Of a DNA stretch of 64,000 nucleotides, positions 20,401-26,683 are shown one piece after another. The position numbers and the translations under genes are program-made. Under the pieces are notes generated by a model. It saw only the letters and a program-made list of their open reading frames with translations. It had not been told where the DNA came from and did not search any database. Within the stretch, counting starts at the first letter, position 1; every line of letters begins with the position of its first letter. The stretch is from NCBI GenBank assembly GCA_014383445.1, contig JACNHV010000358.1, positions 24,914-88,913 on the forward strand. Reading direction: 5' to 3'. This stretch comes from Candidatus Desulfobacula maris (GTDB lineage Bacteria; Desulfobacterota; Desulfobacteria; Desulfobacterales; Desulfobacteraceae).

Positions 20401-21225
20401 TTGGATTGAAGATAGGTTTTGCCCTCCCGCCCTAGAAAGATCGGACGGGGTAATGTTTTCTCCATCACAAAAAATAACCAAACGCTGAATTGTATTTTCA
20501 AGTTCTCGCACATTTCCTGTCCATTCATAATTGCACAATATCCCCACCGCTTCTGGAGAAATACCTTTTACTTTGGTTGCTATTGATACATCTTGAATAT
20601 TTTTATCGATAAAGTGTTTTATTAATAAAGGGATATCATCTTTCCGTTCATTTAAGGAGGGGAGCCTGATCCTTACACCGTTTACTCGATAGAACAGGTC
20701 TTCTCTAAACGTCCCATTTTTCACCTCGCTTTCAAGCTTTTTATTTGTTGCAGAGATAAGCCTGAAGTCGACGGGAATTAATTTTGTCCCACCAACCCGT
20801 TTGATGGTTCTCTCCTGTAAAACTCTAAGAAGCTTAACTTGAAGAGGGATCGTCAGTTCACCGATCTCATCGATAAAAAGGGTCCCCTTATCCGCTATTT
20901 CAAAAGGTCCTTTTCTCATGGATTCTGCACCGGTAAAAGCACCTTTTTCATGTCCGAACAGTTCGCTTTCCAGCAGACTCTCAGCAAATTCTGAACAATT
21001 AACCGGAATCATTTGTAAATTTTTTCTGAGGCTGTTGAAATGAATGGATTCGGCTGCGAGTTCTTTTCCAGTGCCGCTTTCTCCTTCTATCAGCACATTG
21101 GCATTGGTAGGAGCAACTTTTTTTATTATTTCATATACTTCCTGCATTGATTCGCTTTTACCGATCATCTTTTGAAAATTAAAATTTTCAGAAAAATTTC
21201 CCATATCGATCTCCAATGCTAACAA
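17413..21225 (-). CDS. Sigma54-interacting AAA+ activator module fused to a STAND-like P-loop NTPase and PPR/TPR-like repeats (1270 aa)
   Basis: Activator module: aa 48-55 GESGTGKE, aa 95-100 GAFTGA (nt 20926-20943), aa 116-123 LFIDEIGE, aa 237-244 GNVRELEN. Second NTPase: P-loop GKALAGKT (aa 471-478, nt 19792-19815) and VVVVLDDID (aa 520-528). About nine 31-aa helical repeats span aa ~908-1177. No Fis-type HTH is visible. Confidence 0.8.
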   Translation of the reverse strand: MLALEIDMGNFSENFNFQKMIGKSESMQEVYEIIKKVAPTNANVLIEGESGTGKELAAESIHFNSLRKNLQMIPVNCSEFAESLLESELFGHEKGAFTGAESMRKGPFEIADKGTLFIDEIGELTIPLQVKLLRVLQERTIKRVGGTKLIPVDFRLISATNKKLESEVKNGTFREDLFYRVNGVRIRLPSLNERKDDIPLLIKHFIDKNIQDVSIATKVKGISPEAVGILCNYEWTGNVRELENTIQRLVIFCDGENITPSDLSRAGGQNLSSIQNFDRTAEGGGMEETDSELHRKFDLFFNEVIKNENLINLSRDRIKDFFKEKCKEAEIEWPHSVYRLGQKAIRSYNKNRADFLNRYEPEKIFSPFFYNESFKSYKKGVVILQREFHELARDKLEIHDETKKTQKKTSEIQIDELTISNAFKIFKKIDTIEPKDIFGIRAKKYRDYYFHRKIDDVIFETFRSHNILLKGKALAGKTRAIYQLLQKKSSEDPSILILIPEPGNLNPNSLSHIKKKFPSVVVVLDDIDQYFIESKAKAANIFIEELILNGCKILATCKNGPEFKQFYHNSTTGVKDVFKNLEIPTLSDDEFKEVVLYLNSDENDPEYDGNIGSLILPINLMRERYENLKDSKDDVDKIAINLLKSLKALNYSSNFHSKRTFEIYKLKEFCLGIHIGKHARPGGYEGNLMQAKMLEALKITEEGKIQFFTDNADAALQRIETDNFNLNFIIKKNNLVEVEEVYLDKIVQYKPYEIIADINKLYNKPEQHLRGFYVKPDFYNDSIKNCSDYKAALRLFEKMCKNGIKPNSETYVLLMRKAINYEDVLKWFNRAKKEEILSVSIFGEIIKKTVNKIAVIKFIKQMIETRTSLFDFDQALNWILVILMQKKDISILYILNLFVQNQIKLSSKHYSNFLSKTETFDQAKAIFDSIPEDVMLDVGLYANLMKKTETYDQAEKVLNLIPKRIVSDAHFFKILMEKAKEYDQAEKVLNLIPKHFILDVGLYYCLMEQAKKFDQAEKVLDLIPKHFILDVGLYYTFMKKAETYDQAKKVLDLTPKHLILDAALYYFLMQKAEIYDQAKEVFDLIPEHFILDAALYNSLMQKAETYDQAKEVFDLIPEHFILDAALYNSLMQKAETYDQAKEVFDSIPKHFILDVSLYNKLMQKAETYDQANEVIDFGIHNHLENIFSDWEFVLSLNSQSNKLLIENYWERIQRYQSCFKKVAINLILKSNLSENIREKNSFLIIKQLYDLSEKFFFKEFRETIQESIMK
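17695..18504 (-). repeat. Intragenic 93-bp (31-aa) tandem repeat array, ~9 units; the last three are near-identical
   Basis: The GGCTTGATCGTATGTCTCTGC motif recurs at 93-nt spacing (for example 17806 and 17899). The protein unit is ALYNSLMQKAETYDQAKEVFDLIPEHFILDA. Confidence 0.85.
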
Positions 21226-21450
21226 TACAAATCACAACAAAGGTTAAAAACACAGTATCAAAATAAATTTAAAATCAGAACAAAAATGGTCTCAGACTAT
21301 TATCAATCTCAATATAGTTATCACAGTTATTCATCAAATCTCAATATTAATTATGAAAAATATAGCTGGACATTCTTTCCAAATTTGGATATTAGTCAAT
21401 TTTTTAACAGACCATTATAATCACATCTTTCATTTCGCAAGAAAGAATAT

Positions 21451-21480
21451 CTTACAGTAACCTACAGTAATCTACAGTAA
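21451..21480. repeat. Three tandem 10-bp direct repeats (YYTACAGTAA)
   Basis: cttacagtaa cctacagtaa tctacagtaa lies in the divergent intergenic region, ~226 nt upstream of the 1270-aa gene start. Confidence 0.7.
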
Positions 21481-21561
21481 TTGGTTTTAAAGTTTTTAGG
21501 TATTTTTCTTATCCATAATTAAATATAATAAAATCAATAATTTAAATATAATAATGCATCT

Positions 21562-21577
21562 TGGCATGCTACTTGAA
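21562..21577 (+). promoter_or_regulatory. Candidate sigma54 (-24/-12) promoter, TGGCATG-N4-TTGAA
   Basis: GG-to-(G)C spacing is correct against TGGCACG-N4-TTGCW. There are two mismatches, including the conserved -12 C (GA instead of GC). It faces away from the activator gene, toward the small ORF and the GNAT gene. Confidence 0.3.
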
Positions 21578-21645
21578 ATAAATCATTTCCAACACCCCAG
21601 AAAAGGAAAGGGGAAAACAAAAACTTCAGATAAGGAGAAGAAAAA

Positions 21646-21735
21646 ATGTCAAACGAAAAGAAGAAGTATGAGATTCATTATGATCGTAAAGGTACGAGAA
21701 CTGGTCACTCACGGAAGAGTAATTCCACCAAATAA
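21646..21735 (+). CDS. Candidate 29-aa basic micro-ORF (MSNEKKKYEIHYDRKGTRTGHSRKSNSTK)
   Basis: My own translation. A strong AAGGAGAAG RBS ends ~6 nt before the ATG. The stop is followed 9 nt later by an 11-bp GC-rich hairpin. Confidence 0.3.
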   Translation: MSNEKKKYEIHYDRKGTRTGHSRKSNSTK

Positions 21736-21744
21736 CATCTAACT

Positions 21745-21770
21745 GCTGCCACCGCATTTGCGGTGGCAGC
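21745..21770 (+). other. Perfect 11-bp GC-rich hairpin (GCTGCCACCGC-ATTT-GCGGTGGCAGC)
   Basis: Read directly from the sequence. It stands out in AT-rich surroundings. There is no U-tract on either strand, so it is not a canonical intrinsic terminator. Confidence 0.5.
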
Positions 21771-21856
21771 AATTGCTCTGACTGAAGGAGATCTTTATTC
21801 ATTATGGCCATTGGACACGGATACGACTTATTTTAACCAATTTCCAGAAATAATAT

Positions 21857-21865
21857 GGGGGGGGG
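21857..21865. repeat. G9 homopolymer tract
   Basis: Nine consecutive G residues, 3 nt before an ATG at 21869, in otherwise AT-rich DNA. Confidence 0.9.
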
Positions 21866-21955
21866 AATATGACTAAATTTTGTGAAAATAGTTCTATAAA
21901 TCAAATTTTTTATGGCCGTTCACCCATTCATCGTGTGGAGCGAATTTCTTTGTAT

Positions 21956-22100
21956 CATCACCGTTTTGATCATCACCGTTTTGATCATCACCGTTTTGAT
22001 CATCACCGTTTTGATCATCACCGTTTTGATCATCACCGTTTTGATCATCACCGTTTTGATCATCACCGTTTTGATCTCAATCCTTTTGATCCTTTTGATC
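21956..22100. repeat. Eight perfect 15-bp tandem repeats (CATCACCGTTTTGAT) plus two degenerate CCTTTTGAT units
   Basis: Units start at 21956 and then every 15 nt up to 22061. There are 10 GATC sites within 21968-22100. The array ends ~85 nt upstream of the GNAT start. Confidence 0.95.
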
Positions 22101-22183
22101 AATTAATTCCCTTTTAACGTGCTTTTTACTTAAAACTGAACAAAACCTAATATTAACCAAGCAATAATAAGGAGAGCCAAAAA

Positions 22184-22906
22184 ATGGCATTCATATATAA
22201 GAATAAGGTCCGTGAGCATCATAGGAAGATTAAATCCTTAACTGAAAATATAGAAGATCCCATCGTAAATGCGTGTTTAGCTGATTTGAATAATAAATCC
22301 ATGAAATCAGACAAAAACATCGTCAAACCGCCATCATTAACCGGTAGAGATTTTGTTCTGTCACCTTTAAAAGAGGAACATGTCAAATACTTGTGGAGTT
22401 GGGAAAATGATATTACTGAATCCAATCTTTGGGCTCCAACAAGAGGCCTTTATTCCGAATTGGAGTTTCACAGCCTTATAATGGATAGAATTGAAAATTT
22501 CTATCATGAGATTTTCATAATATTAAAACCCGATGGCACCCCGGTGGGTACGGTCTATAGTTACAAAAAAAGCATGCTCAATGGATTTGCATATTTTGCT
22601 GTCTATATTGTTCCGTGGTTTCGGAAAAAGCTAATTGGAACAAATGCATGCATTATGTTTATACACTATTTGTTTTCATTTTTCCCTTTCCGTAGAATTT
22701 TATCCAAAGTTTTAGAGTATAATCATAACAGCTTTTCTTGTATAAAAAATGCAGGGTTTCAAATTGAGGGAAAACTAAAAGACCATGTTTACTATAATGG
22801 TGGGTATCATACGATGATTCTTTTAGCTATTTTTCGGGAAGACTTCTACAGTACATTTGGTAGTATGATAAACCAAATTGTAAAACGGCACGGTATTTCA
22901 CCTTAA
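22184..22906 (+). CDS. GNAT family N-acetyltransferase (RimJ/RimL-like) with a ~55-aa N-terminal extension
   Basis: 240 aa, preceded by an AAGGAGAG RBS. The core pattern (FVLSPL...HEIFIILKPDGTPVGTVYSY...NSFSCIKNAGFQIEGKLKDHVYYNGGYH) is typical of Acetyltransf_3-type GNATs. Confidence 0.7.
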   Translation: MAFIYKNKVREHHRKIKSLTENIEDPIVNACLADLNNKSMKSDKNIVKPPSLTGRDFVLSPLKEEHVKYLWSWENDITESNLWAPTRGLYSELEFHSLIMDRIENFYHEIFIILKPDGTPVGTVYSYKKSMLNGFAYFAVYIVPWFRKKLIGTNACIMFIHYLFSFFPFRRILSKVLEYNHNSFSCIKNAGFQIEGKLKDHVYYNGGYHTMILLAIFREDFYSTFGSMINQIVKRHGISP

Positions 22907-23051
22907 ATCCGGCCAAAAATCCCAATTTGGAGTGCCTAAGAGAGAAAAAGCAAGGTAAGGGAAAATGATAAATTTAATTAACAAATTAAACCTTCAGCTT
23001 TGCTGATGGTCCAAGCTTTGCTTAGCGGGTAAGATATAGATTTACAAAAAT

Positions 23052-23109
23052 AGAATACCTCCTTAAAAAAGGCTTTGTGGAGACCCTAAAGTTCAAAAGG
23101 AGGTATTCT
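23052..23109 (+). promoter_or_regulatory. 13-bp perfect inverted repeat (AGAATACCTCCTT ... AAGGAGGTATTCT, 32-nt loop); the distal arm is a consensus SD
   Basis: Read directly from the sequence, in the convergent intergenic region. The AAGGAGGT arm lies 5 nt upstream of an in-frame TTG (23110) of ORF 23077-23343. Confidence 0.4.
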
Positions 23110-23256
23110 TTGAAACAGTTTAAAAAATTAGCACATGCGGTATGGGGACCAACACATCTGGTATTGACAATATTTTTGTTTCAGATTCAAAATTTCATTA
23201 TATGGGAGAGGCTAAAATTAAATTTTCCTTTACAGCATATTGGAGAACAAACAACC

Positions 23257-23550
23257 TTATGGAGTAGCCCGGACCTCCTCATGCAAATAAGTCTTTTTGC
23301 ATCCATTAGGGCAGACCAAATCAACTACCCTGTATGCCTGTGAATGCTTTCTTGATCGCTTCCTGACCAGCCTGGCTCTGCATTTCTGACAGAACTTGTC
23401 CGGCATTTCATAAGGATCTTTAAACCGCTTAGGTCCATCCCCAGGTAGGCATTTTGCAGGATCACAAAAACTGGTTCTATAATCAGCGCACTCCCCGCAA
23501 TTCTTGACCATTAACACCTCTTCGTTATGACCACATCCAAGTTCCAACAC
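23257..23550 (-). CDS. Cys-rich zinc-finger-like small protein (candidate late-gene regulator, by position)
   Basis: 97 aa with several CxxC pairs (CGEC, CQKC, CPNGC). It is the last gene of the early operon, downstream of RusA, which is the slot used by Q/Ogr-type regulators. Confidence 0.4.
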   Translation of the reverse strand: MLELGCGHNEEVLMVKNCGECADYRTSFCDPAKCLPGDGPKRFKDPYEMPDKFCQKCRARLVRKRSRKHSQAYRVVDLVCPNGCKKTYLHEEVRATP

Positions 23551-23558
23551 AGCATTGA

Positions 23559-24056
23559 TCAGATTCTTCTTCTCAGCAATAATACTCTTTTTGAGGGATT
23601 TAGGTTATCTTTTTCCTGCATCCAACATTCGTCAGGTTTCTTGACTGTCACTTCCGTTCTGGGCTCTTCACCAGGCCCACAGTAGATCTTTTCTGAAACC
23701 TCATAAATCACCTGGGAATCATCTTTCCAGACTGAGCCATTGAAAATATCAAATAAAAACTTCACAAGATTATCAGTGTCAGGTTTTTTGATATGATATT
23801 TTGAGACAGATGACTTGAGTATCCCTTCATTCCTGCCGGTTCCAAAATGTGACTTAGGCCGTGGCATGAAAAATTTAGTATCCACAAGCACAGCATCTTT
23901 AAACAATTTATGGCCATTGGTTTGCTGTTTAACATGCCAAAGTATTAATCCTTCTTCGGTTTCCTGATCGCTGTAAGTGGTTGTACCCTTTCCACGGCGG
24001 GCAAAGCGGGGTCTATGCTTTGCAATTGGAATTCCGGGTATGATTATTTTTAACAC
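23559..24056 (-). CDS. rusA: RusA-family Holliday junction resolvase
   Basis: 165 aa. Contains PRPRFARRG near the N-terminus and the KKPDTDNLVKFLFDIFNGSVWKDDSQV motif. Confidence 0.8.
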   Translation of the reverse strand: MLKIIIPGIPIAKHRPRFARRGKGTTTYSDQETEEGLILWHVKQQTNGHKLFKDAVLVDTKFFMPRPKSHFGTGRNEGILKSSVSKYHIKKPDTDNLVKFLFDIFNGSVWKDDSQVIYEVSEKIYCGPGEEPRTEVTVKKPDECWMQEKDNLNPSKRVLLLRRRI

Positions 24057-24065
24057 CCTGCCTCC

Positions 24066-25235
24066 TCAAAATTTATCAAAAAGCCCATGTGTTAAATTAC
24101 TGAGCTCGCCTGGTTTAAGATTTTTCATTTCCTGATGGATCTTGATTGCATCAGCCTCGTTAAAGTTTCCATTTTCTCTTCTCATGATTGCATTTACAAA
24201 ACCCCATGGTTTTTCAATGGGGAATTGGGATTTAAGTATTCCGTTTAAGGATTCAAGGATGGCTCCTGGATGTCCCCTGTTGTTGATCTGGGATTGAACA
24301 AACTTGTATGAGTTAAAACCATCAAGGTTTGATTTTGCTATTTTTTCACACACGGCTTTAATCTCTTTGAAATAATTCCCTGTTTTTTCCCGAAAATGAT
24401 TTGATTTTTTTTTATCGGCCAGCGGGCCACCGCTGACATTTGTCAAACTAGATTTATCAGGAGAGGGAGAAGGACTAGGAGAGGGAGAAGGGCAGACGTT
24501 TGAGCAGGCATTCGCAGGCATTTGGCAGGCGTTCGATAGCCATTTAGCAGGCATTTTTAATCCATTTTTTTCACACCAATCAATTCGAAAGTCTATATTT
24601 TCAGGGCCTTTGCCTGAGTTGCAGCGAGCACATAAGGGTTGCAAATTATCAATGCCGTCACTGCCACCTTGATAAATTGGGATGATATGATCTTTTACAA
24701 CACCATGAAGATTAGAGTCACCACCGCACCTCACACAAGTATCATTAAAAAAAGAAAACATTTCCTCCCACTCAACTTTTGAATGTCTTCCTTTTTTTCT
24801 GGCGTCAGATAATCTTTGAGCCCGTGTTTTTTTATCTCTTTCTGCTGTTGTTTCATTATCGTTTGTCCCCCATTTAGCTCTTGCAGCTTTTTTGGCTTTC
24901 TCTGACCTTTCATCAGCATGGAAAGCATATTCATTGTGGTCCTGCCAATCATGAATTAAAAATCCATCATCAGACTTTTCTAAAAATCTTATTTTGGGAT
25001 CTAAAAGAATTTTTACAAATAGCCCGGGTTCTCCAGTCCAATCCGATGCTATTTCAATATCATCCTCATCATACCCGGAAAGAACGCCATTTGGCTTGTT
25101 TGCAGAAACAAAAGCCCAAAGTCTTATTAAATTATAAAAAGCCCTATCACCAAGCTTTCTCATTAATTTTAAAGTCTTTGGATGTGTCGGAAGTGTTACG
25201 CTCACTCTAAAATCTTTGTTCATTTTTTTTCCCAA
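24066..25235 (-). CDS. Replisome-organiser-like protein with an embedded HNH nuclease domain
   Basis: 389 aa. The N-terminus resembles a phage replication organiser. The HNH core is CVRCGG...DHIIPIYQGGSDGIDNLQPLCARCNSGKG. A (PS)5 linker (nt ~24461-24494) precedes the C-terminal domain. Confidence 0.6.
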   Translation of the reverse strand: MGKKMNKDFRVSVTLPTHPKTLKLMRKLGDRAFYNLIRLWAFVSANKPNGVLSGYDEDDIEIASDWTGEPGLFVKILLDPKIRFLEKSDDGFLIHDWQDHNEYAFHADERSEKAKKAARAKWGTNDNETTAERDKKTRAQRLSDARKKGRHSKVEWEEMFSFFNDTCVRCGGDSNLHGVVKDHIIPIYQGGSDGIDNLQPLCARCNSGKGPENIDFRIDWCEKNGLKMPAKWLSNACQMPANACSNVCPSPSPSPSPSPDKSSLTNVSGGPLADKKKSNHFREKTGNYFKEIKAVCEKIAKSNLDGFNSYKFVQSQINNRGHPGAILESLNGILKSQFPIEKPWGFVNAIMRRENGNFNEADAIKIHQEMKNLKPGELSNLTHGLFDKF

Positions 25236-25241
25236 AAAAGA

Positions 25242-25940
25242 TTATATGTAAACAGGCCTTCCCGTCAGCTTTTGTATTTCTATTTTAAAGGATTCGGGAT
25301 CTGAATTATTTGCGCTCATGTGTATCAGGTGGATTTCATCACATTTGGACAGGTCATTTGCCCTGAAAAATTCCTTCACGTTTTCAAGCTCAAAATGACT
25401 CTTTAGAATCCTGTTTCTGATGGCTTCCGGGACAATGCCGGATTTAATATTTTTTTCCAGAATTTCCTTGGAATAATTGCATTCAACCATGTAATAATTA
25501 ACCCCGGGAAAACGATACCTGCAATAGAACGAATCAGTAATAAATATGAGCTTCTTGCCATTTTTACCTTGCAGTAAGTACCCGTATGGTTCAGCACAAT
25601 CATGTTGAGCATTAAAAGGTAAAATCTTAAAGGTTCCAACCGTGAATACTTCCTTTGGTCTCACGGTTTTTAAACGATGTCCGGATAGCTTTAATGCCCT
25701 GGCTGTTCCAGGGCTCATATAACAGTCAATTCCCGCCTTCATGACATCTTTTATGGCCTTGGAATGGTCCCCATGCTCGTGGCTGCATAGGCAGCCTGAT
25801 ACTTCAGAAAGCTTAAAATCAAACGCCTCACGAATCTGACGGAAACGGATACCGGCTTCAATCATAATGATGGTTTCACCATCAGATATCCGATAACAAT
25901 TCCCGGCAGACCCGGAGGCTATTGTTGCGATGTCGATCAA
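25242..25940 (-). CDS. MBL-fold metallo-hydrolase (recombination-associated nuclease candidate)
   Basis: 232 aa with an SHEHGDH motif. The gene abuts recT with no gap. Confidence 0.7.
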   Translation of the reverse strand: MIDIATIASGSAGNCYRISDGETIIMIEAGIRFRQIREAFDFKLSEVSGCLCSHEHGDHSKAIKDVMKAGIDCYMSPGTARALKLSGHRLKTVRPKEVFTVGTFKILPFNAQHDCAEPYGYLLQGKNGKKLIFITDSFYCRYRFPGVNYYMVECNYSKEILEKNIKSGIVPEAIRNRILKSHFELENVKEFFRANDLSKCDEIHLIHMSANNSDPESFKIEIQKLTGRPVYI

Positions 25941-26675
25941 TTAAAATCCAGGCTTTCTCTGCATTTCGGCTTCGGCCCGTTCTTGTGCCAAGATTTCATC
26001 TTTCTCGGCCTGGGTCATGCCATCGCCTTCCGGTTTGTCTTCCGGTTCATTTGCCGGGATGTCAATCTCATCGGAATTGGCGTTCTGGTCTATTTCTTCC
26101 TGTGGATCAGCCGGCGTAACATCAATAACCTCTCCCATGTCCGCCAATTCTTCAGGGGTATGCAACCCCAATGTTGTTTCAGGCGCATACAGGCGAATAA
26201 AAAAAGCAGCCGCACGGTATCTGAGCATAAGTTCTGGAATTGTTTTCCACTTTGACCCTGTTTTTGAATACCAGCCCTCTGCTTTTGCCATTTCGATGGA
26301 CACAGGAGGACCTTCAATTGTCTCTTTCGTTGCTTTTTCAATGGCATAGGCGACACATTGTTTTTTATCTCCATCCCCTGTAAGCCTATATTTAAGGGAT
26401 GTGAACCGACCGCCATTATTAAATAGGGCAATCTGCAATTGGGTTTCAATGGCAGGCTTCCCGTGTATGACATACATTTTCTGCATTGCCATAAAAGGAT
26501 CAATCCCTGCCCTATGCGCATAATTTAATGCAATAACACAATTGCCAAGATTGTTTTTAAAATGGTCCGGGACCATTGTTGAGGATGCAAGCAGCTTGCT
26601 TACTCTTTGTGCGTGTTCAAATCTTACAACATCGAGAAGTAATGATTGTTCTCTGACTATTATTTTATTTTCCAT
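25941..26675 (-). CDS. recT: RecT-family single-strand annealing protein
   Basis: 244 aa with a RecT-like core (ALNYAHRAGIDPFMAMQKMYVIHGKPAIETQLQIAL...) and an acidic C-terminal tail. Confidence 0.75.
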   Translation of the reverse strand: MENKIIVREQSLLLDVVRFEHAQRVSKLLASSTMVPDHFKNNLGNCVIALNYAHRAGIDPFMAMQKMYVIHGKPAIETQLQIALFNNGGRFTSLKYRLTGDGDKKQCVAYAIEKATKETIEGPPVSIEMAKAEGWYSKTGSKWKTIPELMLRYRAAAFFIRLYAPETTLGLHTPEELADMGEVIDVTPADPQEEIDQNANSDEIDIPANEPEDKPEGDGMTQAEKDEILAQERAEAEMQRKPGF

Positions 26676-26683
26676 CTTTCTCC

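Larger units (their letters stand above)
16861..23256. other. AT-rich cargo (moron) island between the phage regulatory genes and the late operon
   Basis: Visibly lower GC than flanking phage DNA, with long A/T runs throughout 17400-22900. It contains no phage-core genes. Confidence 0.65.

Noticed and set aside
21451-21480. The shared TTACAGTA 8-mer between the three 10-bp repeats and the PR operator palindrome (29728-29744), suggesting CI/Cro control of the cargo.
   Set aside because: An 8-mer match is expected by chance about twice in 64 kb on two strands, and the rest of the operator is not conserved.
21956-22075. Possible CRISPR array.
   Set aside because: The units are contiguous 15-bp repeats with no spacers, and no cas genes are present in the window.
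21869-22117. ORFs in several frames and on both strands running through the 15-bp repeat array, for example (HHRFD)8, (ITVLI)n and (MIKTV)n.
   Set aside because: The repeat unit has no stop codon in these frames and its length is a multiple of 3, so open frames arise automatically. This gives no independent coding evidence. It is kept only as a remark under the repeat finding.
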